From the NCBI RefSeq assembly GCF_009914755.1, contig NC_060936.1: a stretch of DNA of 64,000 nt, one strand, 5' to 3'. Shown piece by piece: positions 14,377-26,793 of this stretch. This DNA comes from the human T2T-CHM13v2.0 reference genome, Homo sapiens. The position numbers and the translations under genes are program-made. The notes below the pieces were generated by a model. The model did not search any database and had not been told where the DNA came from. It saw only the letters and a list, made by a program, of their open reading frames with translations. Within the stretch, counting starts at the first letter, position 1. Each line of letters begins with the position of its first letter.

Positions 14377-14857
14377 TACCTCTTGGACTTTGTTTTAATC
14401 GGGTGAGACCCTTCTTGAGATGACCACTCTTGATTAGCAGCCCTGTGGTATTTTTCAAAGGATTTTTGTGAAACTGACTCTGTGCCAATAATTCTGCAAA
14501 AGTATCTCTGTGAAAACTTCTACGTCTGTGCTAATAATTCTATTCTACCCCTAATTAAATACTCCTAGGAAACTTGTAAGAAATGCAGACATAGGGGATT
14601 TTATTCAGTGTGATTTCATTTGGGGAGGACTGCCTAATTCAAACGTGTAACTCTAGGCTGGTGGATATTTCATCATTTTCTCCAGCACTGAACCAAGAGC
14701 ATCCTCAAATCCAAATAAAAACAGCCTCTACCATATGGACTAAGCTGGCATCTGATGCCCATCCCGGGGGAATGATACGACGACAGTTTTTAAATAAAGG
14801 TGAAAATGACTTGGTGATCTTTGGCTACTGTCAAGAGATAAAACAGTCCAGTGTTTT

Positions 14858-15566
14858 TTCTTAACTTGTATTTTAGGCTTGGGGTACAAGTGAAGATCTG
14901 TTACACAGGTAAACTCATATCACAGGGGCTTGTCGTACAGATTATGTCATCACCCAGGAATTAAGCCCAGTACTCAATAGTTGTCTTTTCTGCTCCTCCC
15001 ACCCTCCACCCTCCAGTAGGCCCCAGTGTCTGCTGTTCCCCTTTGTGTCCACGTGTTCTCATCATTTAGCTCCCACCTACAAGTGAGAACATGCAGTATT
15101 TGGTTTTCTCTTCCTGTGTTAGTTCGCTGAGGATAATGGCCTCCAGCTCCTTCCATGTTTCCACAAAAGACATAATCTCATTCTCTTTTATGGCTGCATA
15201 GTATTCCATGGTGTACATGTACCACATTTTCTTTATCCAGTCTGTCACTGATGGGTACTTGGGTTGATTCCATGTCTTTGCTACTGTGAATAGTGCTGCA
15301 ATGAACATTCATGCGCATGTGTCTTTTTGGTAGAATGATTTACATTCCTCTGGGTATATATCCAGTAATGGGATTGCTGGGTCCATGGTATTTCTGCTCT
15401 TAGCTCTTTGAGGAGTCGCCATACTGCTCTCTACAATGTTAAACTAATCTACACTCCCACTGAGAGTGTCCAAGTGTTCCCTTTTCTCCACAATCTGTCC
15501 AGCATCTGTTACTTTTTGGCTTTTTAACAATAGCCATTCTGACAGGTGCGAGATTGTATCTCACTG
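14858..15566 (-). mobile_element. L1 3' end (ORF2 end plus 3' UTR), L1PA13-16-like
   Basis: Track ORF 15066-15308 ([17 protein letters not shown]...) is L1 ORF2 C-terminus; UTR tgtcgtacagattatgtcatcacccagg fits older L1PA. Confidence 0.9.
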
Positions 15567-15929
15567 AGTACACGCTGTTGATGTAATTCAAGTACTTCTG
15601 AAAACAAAGGGTAGTTATCGACTACATTGGCACTATGGGAGGAGAAAGGCCATGAGTGAGCGTGTTTGTCCTGGGAGAAGGGATGTCTACTGCATCAACT
15701 GTGGCTTTTGTATGCTGCTCATGTAGGTTCCATTTCTCTGTCTCAGACTAAAGGGGACCTACAACTTGCTCCACCCAAAATATTTCAATTTAAGAGATAC
15801 ACATAGAGAAAAGTGATGATGTTCAGAAAGCTTTCTCCTGAAAACATAAAGACAGCCCAGGAACATTTTTATTTGAATGGTAAAAATGATCACACAGCAA
15901 AGACAAAAGTAGGCTGAAACCTTCAAAGT

Positions 15930-16140
15930 CAAATGAAAGTAATTCTGAAGGGCGTCTGTACTTTAATTATATTGGGTGAATGTTGGTGTCCAGGCTGTGG
16001 TCATGGTACCACGGTGGTGAATGATGTTTCCACTGGGGTCAGCTGGGTAAAGAGTATACTCCTGAACAACTATGTCCTATTTTTGCAATGTTTATGTGAG
16101 TCTAAACGTACTGCAAAATGAAAAAAGGTTAAAAATTAAA
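15930..16140 (+). mobile_element. Old L1M 3' end fragment
   Basis: gatgtttccactggggtcagctgggtaaagagtatac...tttttgcaatgtttatgtgagtctaaa followed by an A-rich end. Confidence 0.6.
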
Positions 16141-18361
16141 CTATAAAATGCCATGTCATTAGACATGATGTGGATGGCCCTCTGCCAATTCATCCATGAT
16201 TTAACAGATACATTTGGTTTTCTTATTACACTTGAGGTGATGTATTAAGTTCTCTGGGAGATTCTAAAAGACATAAAAGGTAATCTCTGTCCTCAGGGAG
16301 CTTATGGTCTTCTTGGGAAAACAGAGACATAAACAGAGAGAAAGTTTTAAAATGACATTTATGGACTGTAAGTGACTTTTGAAGCTGCACATAAGTAATC
16401 ATGAAGTTACTGAGATGAAAAGTGGGTGCAGCACATTAACTGGAAAGCAAGCACCTGTGTGTCTAAAATGTGGTGACATGATGTGTGGCACCACCTTCCA
16501 GAAGCTGGTGTCTATGTGCTGTTCATGGCTGATCCCACATTACCTGACCCACAATAATCACCAGGTCTATGTTCATTATTGATTGGATACAGGTGAATAA
16601 AGATGCTACTTGACCTAACTCTCAGAAGATTAAATCAAGTGAAGCAGGAATTACAAAAAGGAGGGTGACTCCAGCAAGAGCCCCAGATGTGGAAGTCCAA
16701 GCCACACCTGGAAAACAGGATCTCTGCCAGCTAGCCTGGCCAGTCATGATGGTAGAGAAAGGTGGAAAGAAGCTGGCATCAGAGGGGCTTAAATGGCAGG
16801 AAAACAATTCATATAATTGTGCTATCACCCTAGAAACCCAGAGACTGTTTCCCATGATTTGATTTGTGAGATATTTCTCACTTCATCTGTCTTATCTGTG
16901 TTCATGGGTACACGGCCATAGGCACTCAGATGTTGCATGAAAAAGAAATGTTAATCTAAAAAAAATGTCCCATAGTTTGCTATTTTTAAAAATATAGAAT
17001 GCAAATCATGATAATTTTCTTCTTTGCCTGTTCTTAGATTTCTTTTTTTTTCTTATCTTATTGCTTTGGCAAGGGCTGCTAGTCCAACAGTGAATTACAG
17101 GGGTGATGTCATGCCTATAATTAGTTCCCTGTGTCCAATTTATAGAATTGTGCATTCTTGACAAAAGAAAATGCACAGATAGAGCAAGGTGAGATAGGAA
17201 CCCAAGGAAAGAGAAGGGACTCCATCTGTAATGTTGCAGTGGGTCCCTCCAATGCTGCAAAGACCCAGAGCAAGCCTCAAGGAAGAATTCCACTTAGAGG
17301 TAATTCTTTTCCACAAAGGGGCCTTCCAGTCATCCCACAGAAGTGGATTCCTACATTAAATCCCCAAGTCACCATGTAGTCTTGCAGTTTCACATTATGT
17401 TAGTGGCAAATCATGAATTATGAGCTTAAAATAGGTGTAAACTGACAAAACTGCATCCAGTGATTTCAGATCCCATGTTAACTACATGAATTGTTAAACC
17501 AATGTTAAAGTCGTTTCCACAGCATTGGATTAAATTAGATAATGGGTTGCTTGGGCTCATAACTGCTTTAACATCTATAAGATGCATTCGCTAGTATGAT
17601 GCTAAGGCATGGCAGACATAAAATCAATAAGAGAGCTTCTAATAAATGAAAGAATATCAACTGCTTCATGTGTTTTAGTGGAGAAATCATGAAATTCACA
17701 TTCTGTGGAATAATTTTGGTCAGCCAGAGTAGGGGGTAGAGGGCCGTGGGCAGTGTATACAGGCTCAGTCAAAAGAAGCCAAATATTTTTCATGTGATAA
17801 CCACATAAGCAAAGTTACCTTAAGACAAATCATGTGTTCTTTCCAAAAGTCACTTGAAAAGTAAATAAATTTATAAAAGAAAATTAGTGCATTAATATCT
17901 TTTTCAAGACAATTATATAACTGCAATAAGTTAGGACAAGATTTGTTTAAAACATAACAGGAAATAATAATGACAAGATAATGGCTAAAATGATAATGAG
18001 AGTGTTCTTTCCCTAAATAGTACTCCACTAAAATATGACATCTTAAAAACTGCTGGTGAGCAGATCAGGAAATGAGCATCATTAGTCCTGACACTAGAAA
18101 TTCATGCAGCAAGGTCATGTTTTCACAACAAATCAGCTTGTTCATTCTGCCAGTTCAGTACAAAAATTAGTAGGCAAATTCATGATAAAAAGGATCATGT
18201 TAGTCTTTTGTCTGCATTGATCATAGAAACTGATTAGAAAAGTGGGATTGTGTACATCCCAGGGTGACAGAGCCTTGTGCACTGTCCAAGGTGCTGATTA
18301 AGAGATACCCAGGGTCATTCCATTTTGCAGCAATAGTTATCTCAGAGAAAATAGGACAGGT

Positions 18362-18855
<494 letters not shown>

Positions 18856-18990
18856 TTAACATTTACAATAACTCTATAATGTGAGCATAATTATTATCAT
18901 CCCTTATATATCAATATATCAAGATGTATATGTCAATATATCAATCTTAATATATAGAATTTGAATGCTAGGTGTTAAATAACTTGACAA

Positions 18991-19250
<260 letters not shown>

Positions 19251-20054
19251 TTCATTAAATAACTTGACCAAAGACATAGAGCTGCCAGGTGGCAGTTCTG
19301 GGACTTGAACTAAAATCTCTGTCTCCCCAAACTCTACATAAAGATGGAGAAACTGTTAGGAAACTAGAGTTAAATTCAGTTCGTTGGTGGTGGCCTCAAA
19401 GAATATAGAGAAGGTATTGGAATTAAGGACTCTAGATTTATGGGATCACAGTAAAAATTCCAAGGACGAAAGAAATACATATTTATTCCTAGGTCCAGCA
19501 AACATTTACTGCAAGCCAACTGTGTTCCGAGTTTGGAGCACAAGGAGTGACCATCTGTAAACTCATTGATCTCGGGAAGCAGTGAATTAACTATAGACAA
19601 AAAAGAGAGAGAAAGCATATGTAATAGCAAAGAATAGGGACTCTGGGAGCAGGTACAGGAATCCCGACTTCAATTTCCTGTCCCATCATCACTAAGTGTG
19701 AGATCTTAGACCAGTCTCAACTTCTCTGAGCTTCAGTTTCCTCAATTCTTATGCACCTCAGAGGGCTTTTCTGGGGCCTAAATGACATAATTCAGTTCAA
19801 CGTTTGCTAAAGTACCTAGCACACAGGAAGTGCCCAGGGAGTGATTAGCATTCTGCCCCCTCATTCAAGCATCCTAATGACTCTCCTGAGATCCAACACA
19901 AACAGGTAGAGAGTGCATCTGAACTAGGTGTGAAACCTCATGTTTGTGGTTATGAAATGGATACAATATACGGCCCTCATAAAGTGACCCTACTAACATC
20001 ACCCTCAAATTCAATGACAGTTACTTAGGCTTACGAATACAGACTAAAAACAAC

Positions 20055-20590
20055 AGAAGTTGTCAGTGAAGGCACTGTTGAACAGTACTCCTAAATGTTT
20101 ATTTAACAGATATTTGAATTCACTTACGTGCTGCTCTACACATTTGATAAACATTAATTTGTTCAAAGTTCAAAATAACTATGCAGTGGGTGTCATCATT
20201 ATCCCCATTTTAGAGAGAGGAAACAGAGACAAAAGAAGTTGTCAGTGAAGGCACTGTTGAACAGCATTCCTAAATATCTAACAAATATTTGAATTCACTT
20301 ATGTGCCGTTCTACACATTTTATAAACATTAATTTGTTCAAAGTTCTAAAGAACTATGAAGCAGGTGCCATCATTATTTCCATTTTATGGAGAGAAAAGA
20401 GAGACAAGAGAAGTTGTCAGGAAAGGCAACGTTGAACAGCATTCCTAAATATTTAGCAAAGATTTGAATTCACTTATGTGCTGTTCTAAACATTTTATAA
20501 ACACTAATTTATTCAAAGCTCAGAATAACTCTGTGAAGTAGGTGCCATCATTATCCCCATCTTAGAGAGAAAAAACAGAGCCAAGACAAG
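20055..20590. repeat. Diverged ~175-179-bp tandem triplication of a MIR-containing segment
   Basis: Units start with agaagttgtcag at 20055, 20234 and 20409; after the third unit the MIR continues (gaggtcacacag...cttgaaccc). Confidence 0.9.
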
Positions 20591-21471
20591 TTAAAAGACT
20601 CACTGAGGTCACACAGAAAAGACTTGAACCCTGCGATCTGACTCCAGTGTTTGGGTGCTTAACTACTATCCTGTATCAGCTCCCTGTGGTGAACTTCTGC
20701 CTCTGTTGAGATGAATCAGGAAAACAGCTTATGTTGAACAATCAGATTCAGGAGAAAGCTGTCGCAGGAAAAAATGGTAAATTTAAAAAATAATAATAAT
20801 AAAAAGCCTTTTCCAAAAGCCCATGTTGGCTCCTGGCTATGGCAGCAGTTAGTCAAAATGAGAAGCAGCGTGGGTCTCACATGATGCACCCCTCACCGTC
20901 CTGGACACAGACGGCCTTAGTATTTATACTTTAGCCTCTGAACTTTATTCCACTTAATGAACTCAAGCACCATAAATGCAAGCCTGAACACACAGCATGG
21001 CTCATTTGAAGACAGAAATATGATTATATTATTACAGAAAAACACATTGAAGTGGTAAGTGACAAAAGTGTAGATACATTTGTTTCCCAGAAAACCATCT
21101 GAATGTCTTAAAATCTAATAAAAGATCTATCCGGGGCACAGGAAAGCTGTTCAACAACCGCCTCACCTCTGATTTATAGCAGGCATTTTTATGATGTTTT
21201 TATGGCTTTGACCTCAGAAGGATTTCTCGATAAAGCAGCTAAAACACGAAACTGCTAGTGCAAAAGCCAGTTGCATGTACCAGAGGAGGGAGATTGTCCG
21301 AGACCTTGAAAATAATGCCCCATGCCTGGCAAAAGTTAATCGTCATCTGGTTCCATTCTGAGCAATAATCATGAAAGGCAGCCGTGCAGGCCGGCTCTCA
21401 GAAATACATTTCAATGAGCCAGGCCCATCGCCAGGCACGGAGAGGAGGCAGCACCCGACAGGAACATCATG

Positions 21472-21485
21472 GTTGTCATGGCAAC
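21472..21485. promoter_or_regulatory. RFX X-box motif (candidate)
   Basis: GTTGTCATGGCAAC, 13/14 identical to the palindromic X-box GTTGCCATGGCAAC; lies in apparently unique sequence. Confidence 0.55.
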
Positions 21486-22443
21486 CACATGGCATGGCAG
21501 GTGAGCCTCTGCCCCCTCGTACTTCGGGGAGGAGGAGAGGAAATGAACAGGATGAGCAGCACTGTGCTAGATTCTGACCGGGGAGTCAAGGCTTGCTGCA
21601 CTTGTGTTCCTGGTGTCAAGCAAACCCGTGTTTTCAATGCAGAGTTTTGTTGTTCTGTTTTGTTTATCACTCCACAGCAGGCCCACCCTGGCAACGTGCA
21701 CTCTGTCTGCCCGGATCTTCATTAGCCGGCTGCAGGATAAGAAGCACTGTGGCCCAGACCTTCCCCTCATGTGGCCTGCATAGGATAAATTCATATCCAA
21801 TGGATCAAGGTGGTTTCTATGAAGCCCTAGAGACCGATGATTCATTCTCACTGTTTGCATAATTTTTATCTTACCATTTGTCTAAGATAAATGATTGGAA
21901 CTCGGGAAGTGGTACCAATCAGGGTGCTGTCTGGAAACAGATAGAACCTCCAGCTGGGATTCTGAAAAGTTAGACAAGGAACAATGTAGAGGGGCATGGG
22001 CAGAATTAAAGTCCAGCCAGGGACGCTCGGGCACTCAGGATGGACAACCAAGCAACTGTGAGAAGCTGGTGACCCCCACATGGGGAGACCCAGGCCAGGG
22101 GAGCTGGAGCCTTGCAGGGAGGTGCAGCTGCTGGAAACACCCCACCAGGAAGGAATGGAGACGGGGGAGGCTCCCCACCTTCTCGCCTGCTACCCTCCCA
22201 ACTCAAGATGGTGCCATCACCATTGGCCAAGCCCAAATGGAAAGCAGACAGCTAGAGCCCAAGTATGCAGTGCAGCCCCCAGGAACAGTGTGGAGAGGAG
22301 CAGGAAGGGGGTCAGGATGAGATGTGGAGAAGGTCAGAGCACCGGGCCAGTGAGCAAGTGAGCCAGCACTGTGCACCCTTAGGGCGTAGGTGCAGAGACG
22401 TCTTGCATCTCGGCTTCTTGATCTAAACAAGATGGTCATATCC

Positions 22444-22878
22444 TGTTATGGGTTAAATTATGTCCATGACCCCAAGTTCATATGTAAAGTCCTAACCCCC
22501 AGTGCCTCAGAATGTGCCCTTGTTTGAAAATAGGGTCTTAGCAGATGTGAGGAGTTAAGATGAGGTCATACTGGAGTAGAGCAGACCCTCGTCTCATATG
22601 CCTGTGTCCTTATCAAAAGGAGACCTTTGCACACAGAGCTGCACACGGGAAGAATGCCAGGTGAAGATGGGCAAAGAAGGGTAAAGCACCTACAGGCCGA
22701 GGAGTACCAAGGGTGCTGGCAGCCACAGAGACAGGGAGAGGCCTGCAGTGGAGCCCCCCACAGCCTCAGGAGGACCCAGTCCTGCTGGCCCCTGGAGCTC
22801 AAGCTTCAGCCCCCAACTGTCACGCCACACGTTTCTATCTAAGCTGCCAGTTGTTCCAGCAGCCCAAGAAACTCATCC
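22444..22878 (+). mobile_element. MLT1B/C-type MaLR solo LTR; a second MLT1 3' fragment follows (~22900-23190)
   Basis: tgttatgggttaaattatgtcc...cctcagaatgtg...aatagggtctt.gcagatgt...ttaagatgaggtcatactggagtag. Confidence 0.85.
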
Positions 22879-24529
22879 GTGTCCCATCAGGCCATCTGAA
22901 AATGCAGTCAGGCCTGCCCTCAGCCATGCGAGTGACCTTGGAGGCGGGTCCCACCCTAGTGGGGTGAGCTGGGATGTGGAACACCCCCTGCCCGGGCTCA
23001 GAAGCAGAAGCCCCTTCCAAAGCCCGCAGCCCCAGGTGATGCCTAGGCAGACTCACCACGGACTCTGAGCAGAAGTCTTGGCTGAGCTGTGCCCGAACTC
23101 TTGACCCAGAGAAACCACAAGACAGCAGATGTGTGTTGTTTGAAGCCACCGAGTTGCTGTAATTTATTACACAGCAATCGGTGACAAATAGGTCACAGCT
23201 ATAGATGACAAATTCAGCTACCTGCGGAGATTGATTTTTAAAAACATATTTTAAAATCCTCTTTTTTCCTGTACTTATCTGTAGACAAGAGTGTCACCTT
23301 GTTCGATGCCCCGCCTTCATCTAGAGACACCACCACAGACCCTGGGGTCAAAGCGCCTTGCTCCAATTCCTGCCCCTTCCCAGTGAGCAGCTGTGGCTTC
23401 GGCAATTTACTTACTCCTGGCTCCTGCGACCCCGGTTCCTCACCTGAAAAGTCGGGCGATAATAGTGTCCACCTCATTGTGTTGCAGAAGGAAATAAACA
23501 AGCAAATAAGAGGAAATATGTGCTTAAGACAGTGTTCAGACTCACGTCTGGCATAGAATCAATGCTCAGTGATTATGAGCTGTAATGATTACTATGGTTA
23601 TGACAACCATGATTTGATTCTATTCACCCAGGAATGAAACAACAACAAAATGCAATGGCAGGCTGACTTTTCCTGGGGTCATTCTTGCCGGTTTTTTTAG
23701 CTGACAGCATCCACTCAAGTTCTCCCCTCATTGTCTCACGGAGAAGAGCTTGCTAATAACACCCTAACAATTAGAAGGCAGATAAATCTGGAAATAAACA
23801 TTTCCACAGTTATGATCATTTTGGACATATGGGATCATAATATTTTATGATCACCAACAGACACACCTCTCTCTGCAAACACACACAGCTGCCGGGGTGG
23901 GGCTGGGCTTTGCACTTCCTGAGATTGAAAGAGCAAATTTTCTTCCTCACAGTGATGGTGACAGACAGAAATCAGCTGCTGGCTACTTCCACTCAAGTCA
24001 GGCTAAGGGTACGTCAGCAGCCGTGCAGCTCAGTCCGACTCCAGGGACCCAAAAAAGAATGAGGCACGCTGTTAGGTCAGCAGGGAGAGCCCCAGAGACA
24101 AAGGGAAGAGACCGAGAATGCAGCCAGCCTGTGGTGTCACTCACAGGGTTGGGTGTGCAGTCAGAGGCCAGGCGGCCCCCTTGAGAAGGGCTGGTCCGAG
24201 CAGCGCATCCAAGACCTGCAAGGGCATCTGAATCCCCTGTGAAAAGGGTGATGATGACCTGCTATGTCCAGGGAGGAGCTTGCAATTCTGTGTTTCTAAT
24301 CCGCTTCCAAGGGGACACTTTTCCTTGCTAAAATGTTGTTAAATGACATTTGCTGTTAACAAACACTATATACTTCCAAGTAATTTATTGACTTGGTCAT
24401 GAAATTGAAATTGTCAAGTAGGTTAGAAACTCACATTCTCCCTCTTTTTTAAAAGCTTATTAGTCTATATTTTCATAATCTCAACTTCTGATGATTTTAT
24501 CTTCTCTTATGCCAATACCTTGTTTTTTA

Positions 24530-25100
24530 GATTTTATTTTTAATAGACAATAAGTGTATGTATTTATGGGGTACAATGTGATGTTCTGATATATGTTTAT
24601 GTTATGGAATAATTAAATCCTACTTATTAATGTGTCAATCTCCTTATTTCTCTGTGGTGAGAAGATTTGAAATCGACTCTCCTGGTGATTTTCAAATATA
24701 CAAAACATTGCTATTACCTATAGGCACCATGTTGCACAGGCAGTTCTCTTAGAATTTATTCCACCTAATAGATATTTTGTATCCTTCCAACAACAGCTCC
24801 CCACCCCCTACCCCATGCCCTGGCCCCAACCTCTGGTAACCATCATTCTCCTCTCTGCCCCCGTGAGTTCGACTTTTTTGGATTTCGCCTATGAGTAGAT
24901 CACGTGCCGTTTGTCTTTCAATGCCTGGCTTATTTCACTTAGCATAGTGTCTCCCAGGTTTATCCAGGTAAGGGCAGATGACAGGCTTTCCTTCTTTTCA
25001 TGGCTGAATAGTACTCCGCTGTGTATATACACCACATTTCTTTATCCTTATATCCGCTGAGGGACACTTAGGTTGATCCTACACCTTGGCGATGGTGAAC
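24530..25100 (-). mobile_element. L1MA/MB 3' end
   Basis: tatttatggggtacaatgtgatgtt...ctggtaaccatcattct...ctggcttatttcacttagcata...atggctgaatagtactcc. Confidence 0.85.
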
Positions 25101-25828
25101 CTCATGCTCTCTTAAAAAACACGATTCCCATTTGTTAAGGGTGGGCTGGGACTGCGTGCAGGGCACTGACAGGCGTACCTAATTCACATTAGTTCTTTAA
25201 CTCCCTGGAGCTCCGTGAGACCACATGCTGTAGAGACTAAGGGTGCTGGCTTGGAAGCCACACCATGACTGTGTCAACCTGGGAGCTAGCAGGTATTTAG
25301 ATCCCAGATCTAGCACTTTGTAACCAGATGACCTCGAGCAAGCTACTTGACTGCTCAAGGCCTCCGAATTTTCTTCCATAAAATGAACAACGGTAACACC
25401 TGCCTCGAAGGGTTGTTTAGGACATGCTCTGCACCCATGAGGCATTTGCTCTTATAACTCACTCTGCCCCCAGTTTACAGAGAGGGAAACTGAGAATGGG
25501 AGCAGGGGGTGATTTGCTTAAGGGCAGACAGCTGGTCAGCGGCAGAGCTGCCACTCAATCACAACACACGGCCAAAGTCCAGGGTTTGTTTAATCTGAGA
25601 TCTGGGAATGACAACTCTCCCAGACGGAGGCAAAAATGTGTTCTAAAGGCAAAGTATTATTGCAGGTAGAATTTCTATTTCCCCCACCATATTCAGGTAA
25701 TGTGGTAAAAGACTTCTTAAGTTCCCATTCCAGGCTATCATTCTTATTAAACCTGCTTAACTTCATCTCCCTTTTAATTTCACTGCAGATTTAATTTGGG
25801 GGGAGGGCAGAGTCGGGGGTCTCGGTTC

Positions 25829-26048
25829 CAGGGTTTCTCAACCTCAGCCCGGTGGCCATCTTGGTCTGGAAGATTCTTTGCTGTGGGGCTGTCTTGTGCA
25901 GGGCAGGACGTTTAGCCACACCCCTGGCCTCCACCCACTGGATGCCACTAGACCCCCCACCGGTAGTGACCACCCAAAATGTCTCCAGACATTGTTCTCT
26001 GGGAGGCAGTATGTGCTCTGCTCCCACTCCCATCCGCTTTGAGATCCC
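25829..26048. mobile_element. MER20 (hAT-Charlie)
   Basis: cagggtttctcaacctcagc...ttctttgctgtggggctgtc...ccacccactggatgcca...aaaatgtctccagacattg. Confidence 0.85.
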
Positions 26049-26320
26049 CAGTCTAATCTACCATAAACCATGGGTTACACTTTCCCCATAACACAGCAAC
26101 GCTGACTCCTCGCGTGGCCAAGCTGCGCCTTTCCATGGCCCCATGTTCATGAGTCAGGAGAGCAGCTCCTCAATCGCATGTGTCTTAACCAAATGGAACT
26201 CTACTTTCAAAGTAACGTTCAACAGGCATAGATCAACCTGTTAGACTCTACCCAAAATATCTCATCGTGGCCTCCCTCCCTATGCCCAAGAGCCCATGTC
26301 GAAATTTTCTTGCAATCCAG

Positions 26321-26793
26321 TATTAAGGGCTGAGTTGTGCCCTCACATCCAAATTCATCTGTTAAAGGTCTAAAACCCCCAGAACCTCAGAACATGATGT
26401 TCTTTGGGACTAGAGTCATTGCAGATGTAGTAAGTCAGGGGAAGGCCATGCTGGAGCAGGGTGGGCCCCTGACTTAATATGACTACAGTCCTTACAAAAG
26501 AGGGAAATGTGAGCACACAGAGACAGATACAAAGAGAACGCCATGGGAAGATAAAAGCAGAGATCAGGGTGATGCTTCTGCACGCCAAGGAGCCCCAAAG
26601 ATGGCCACCAAATCACCAGAAGACAGGAGAGAGGCCAGAACAGGGGCTCCCTCACACCCCTTAGAAAAAGCCAACCCTGCCAACACCTTGATCTCGGATT
26701 TCCAGCCTCCAGAACTGGGAGAGAATAAGTGTCTGTCGTTTCAGCCATGTGGTCTGTGGTCCTTTGACATGGCAGCACTAGCAAATGAATACA
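26321..26793 (+). mobile_element. MLT1B/C-type MaLR solo LTR
   Basis: ccccagaacctcagaacatga...ccaacaccttgatctcggatttccagcctccagaactg...ggcagcactagcaaatgaataca. Confidence 0.88.

Noticed and set aside
20055-20590. Alpha-satellite (unit close to 171 bp)
   Set aside because: No alphoid motifs or CENP-B box seen; the units contain MIR sequence.
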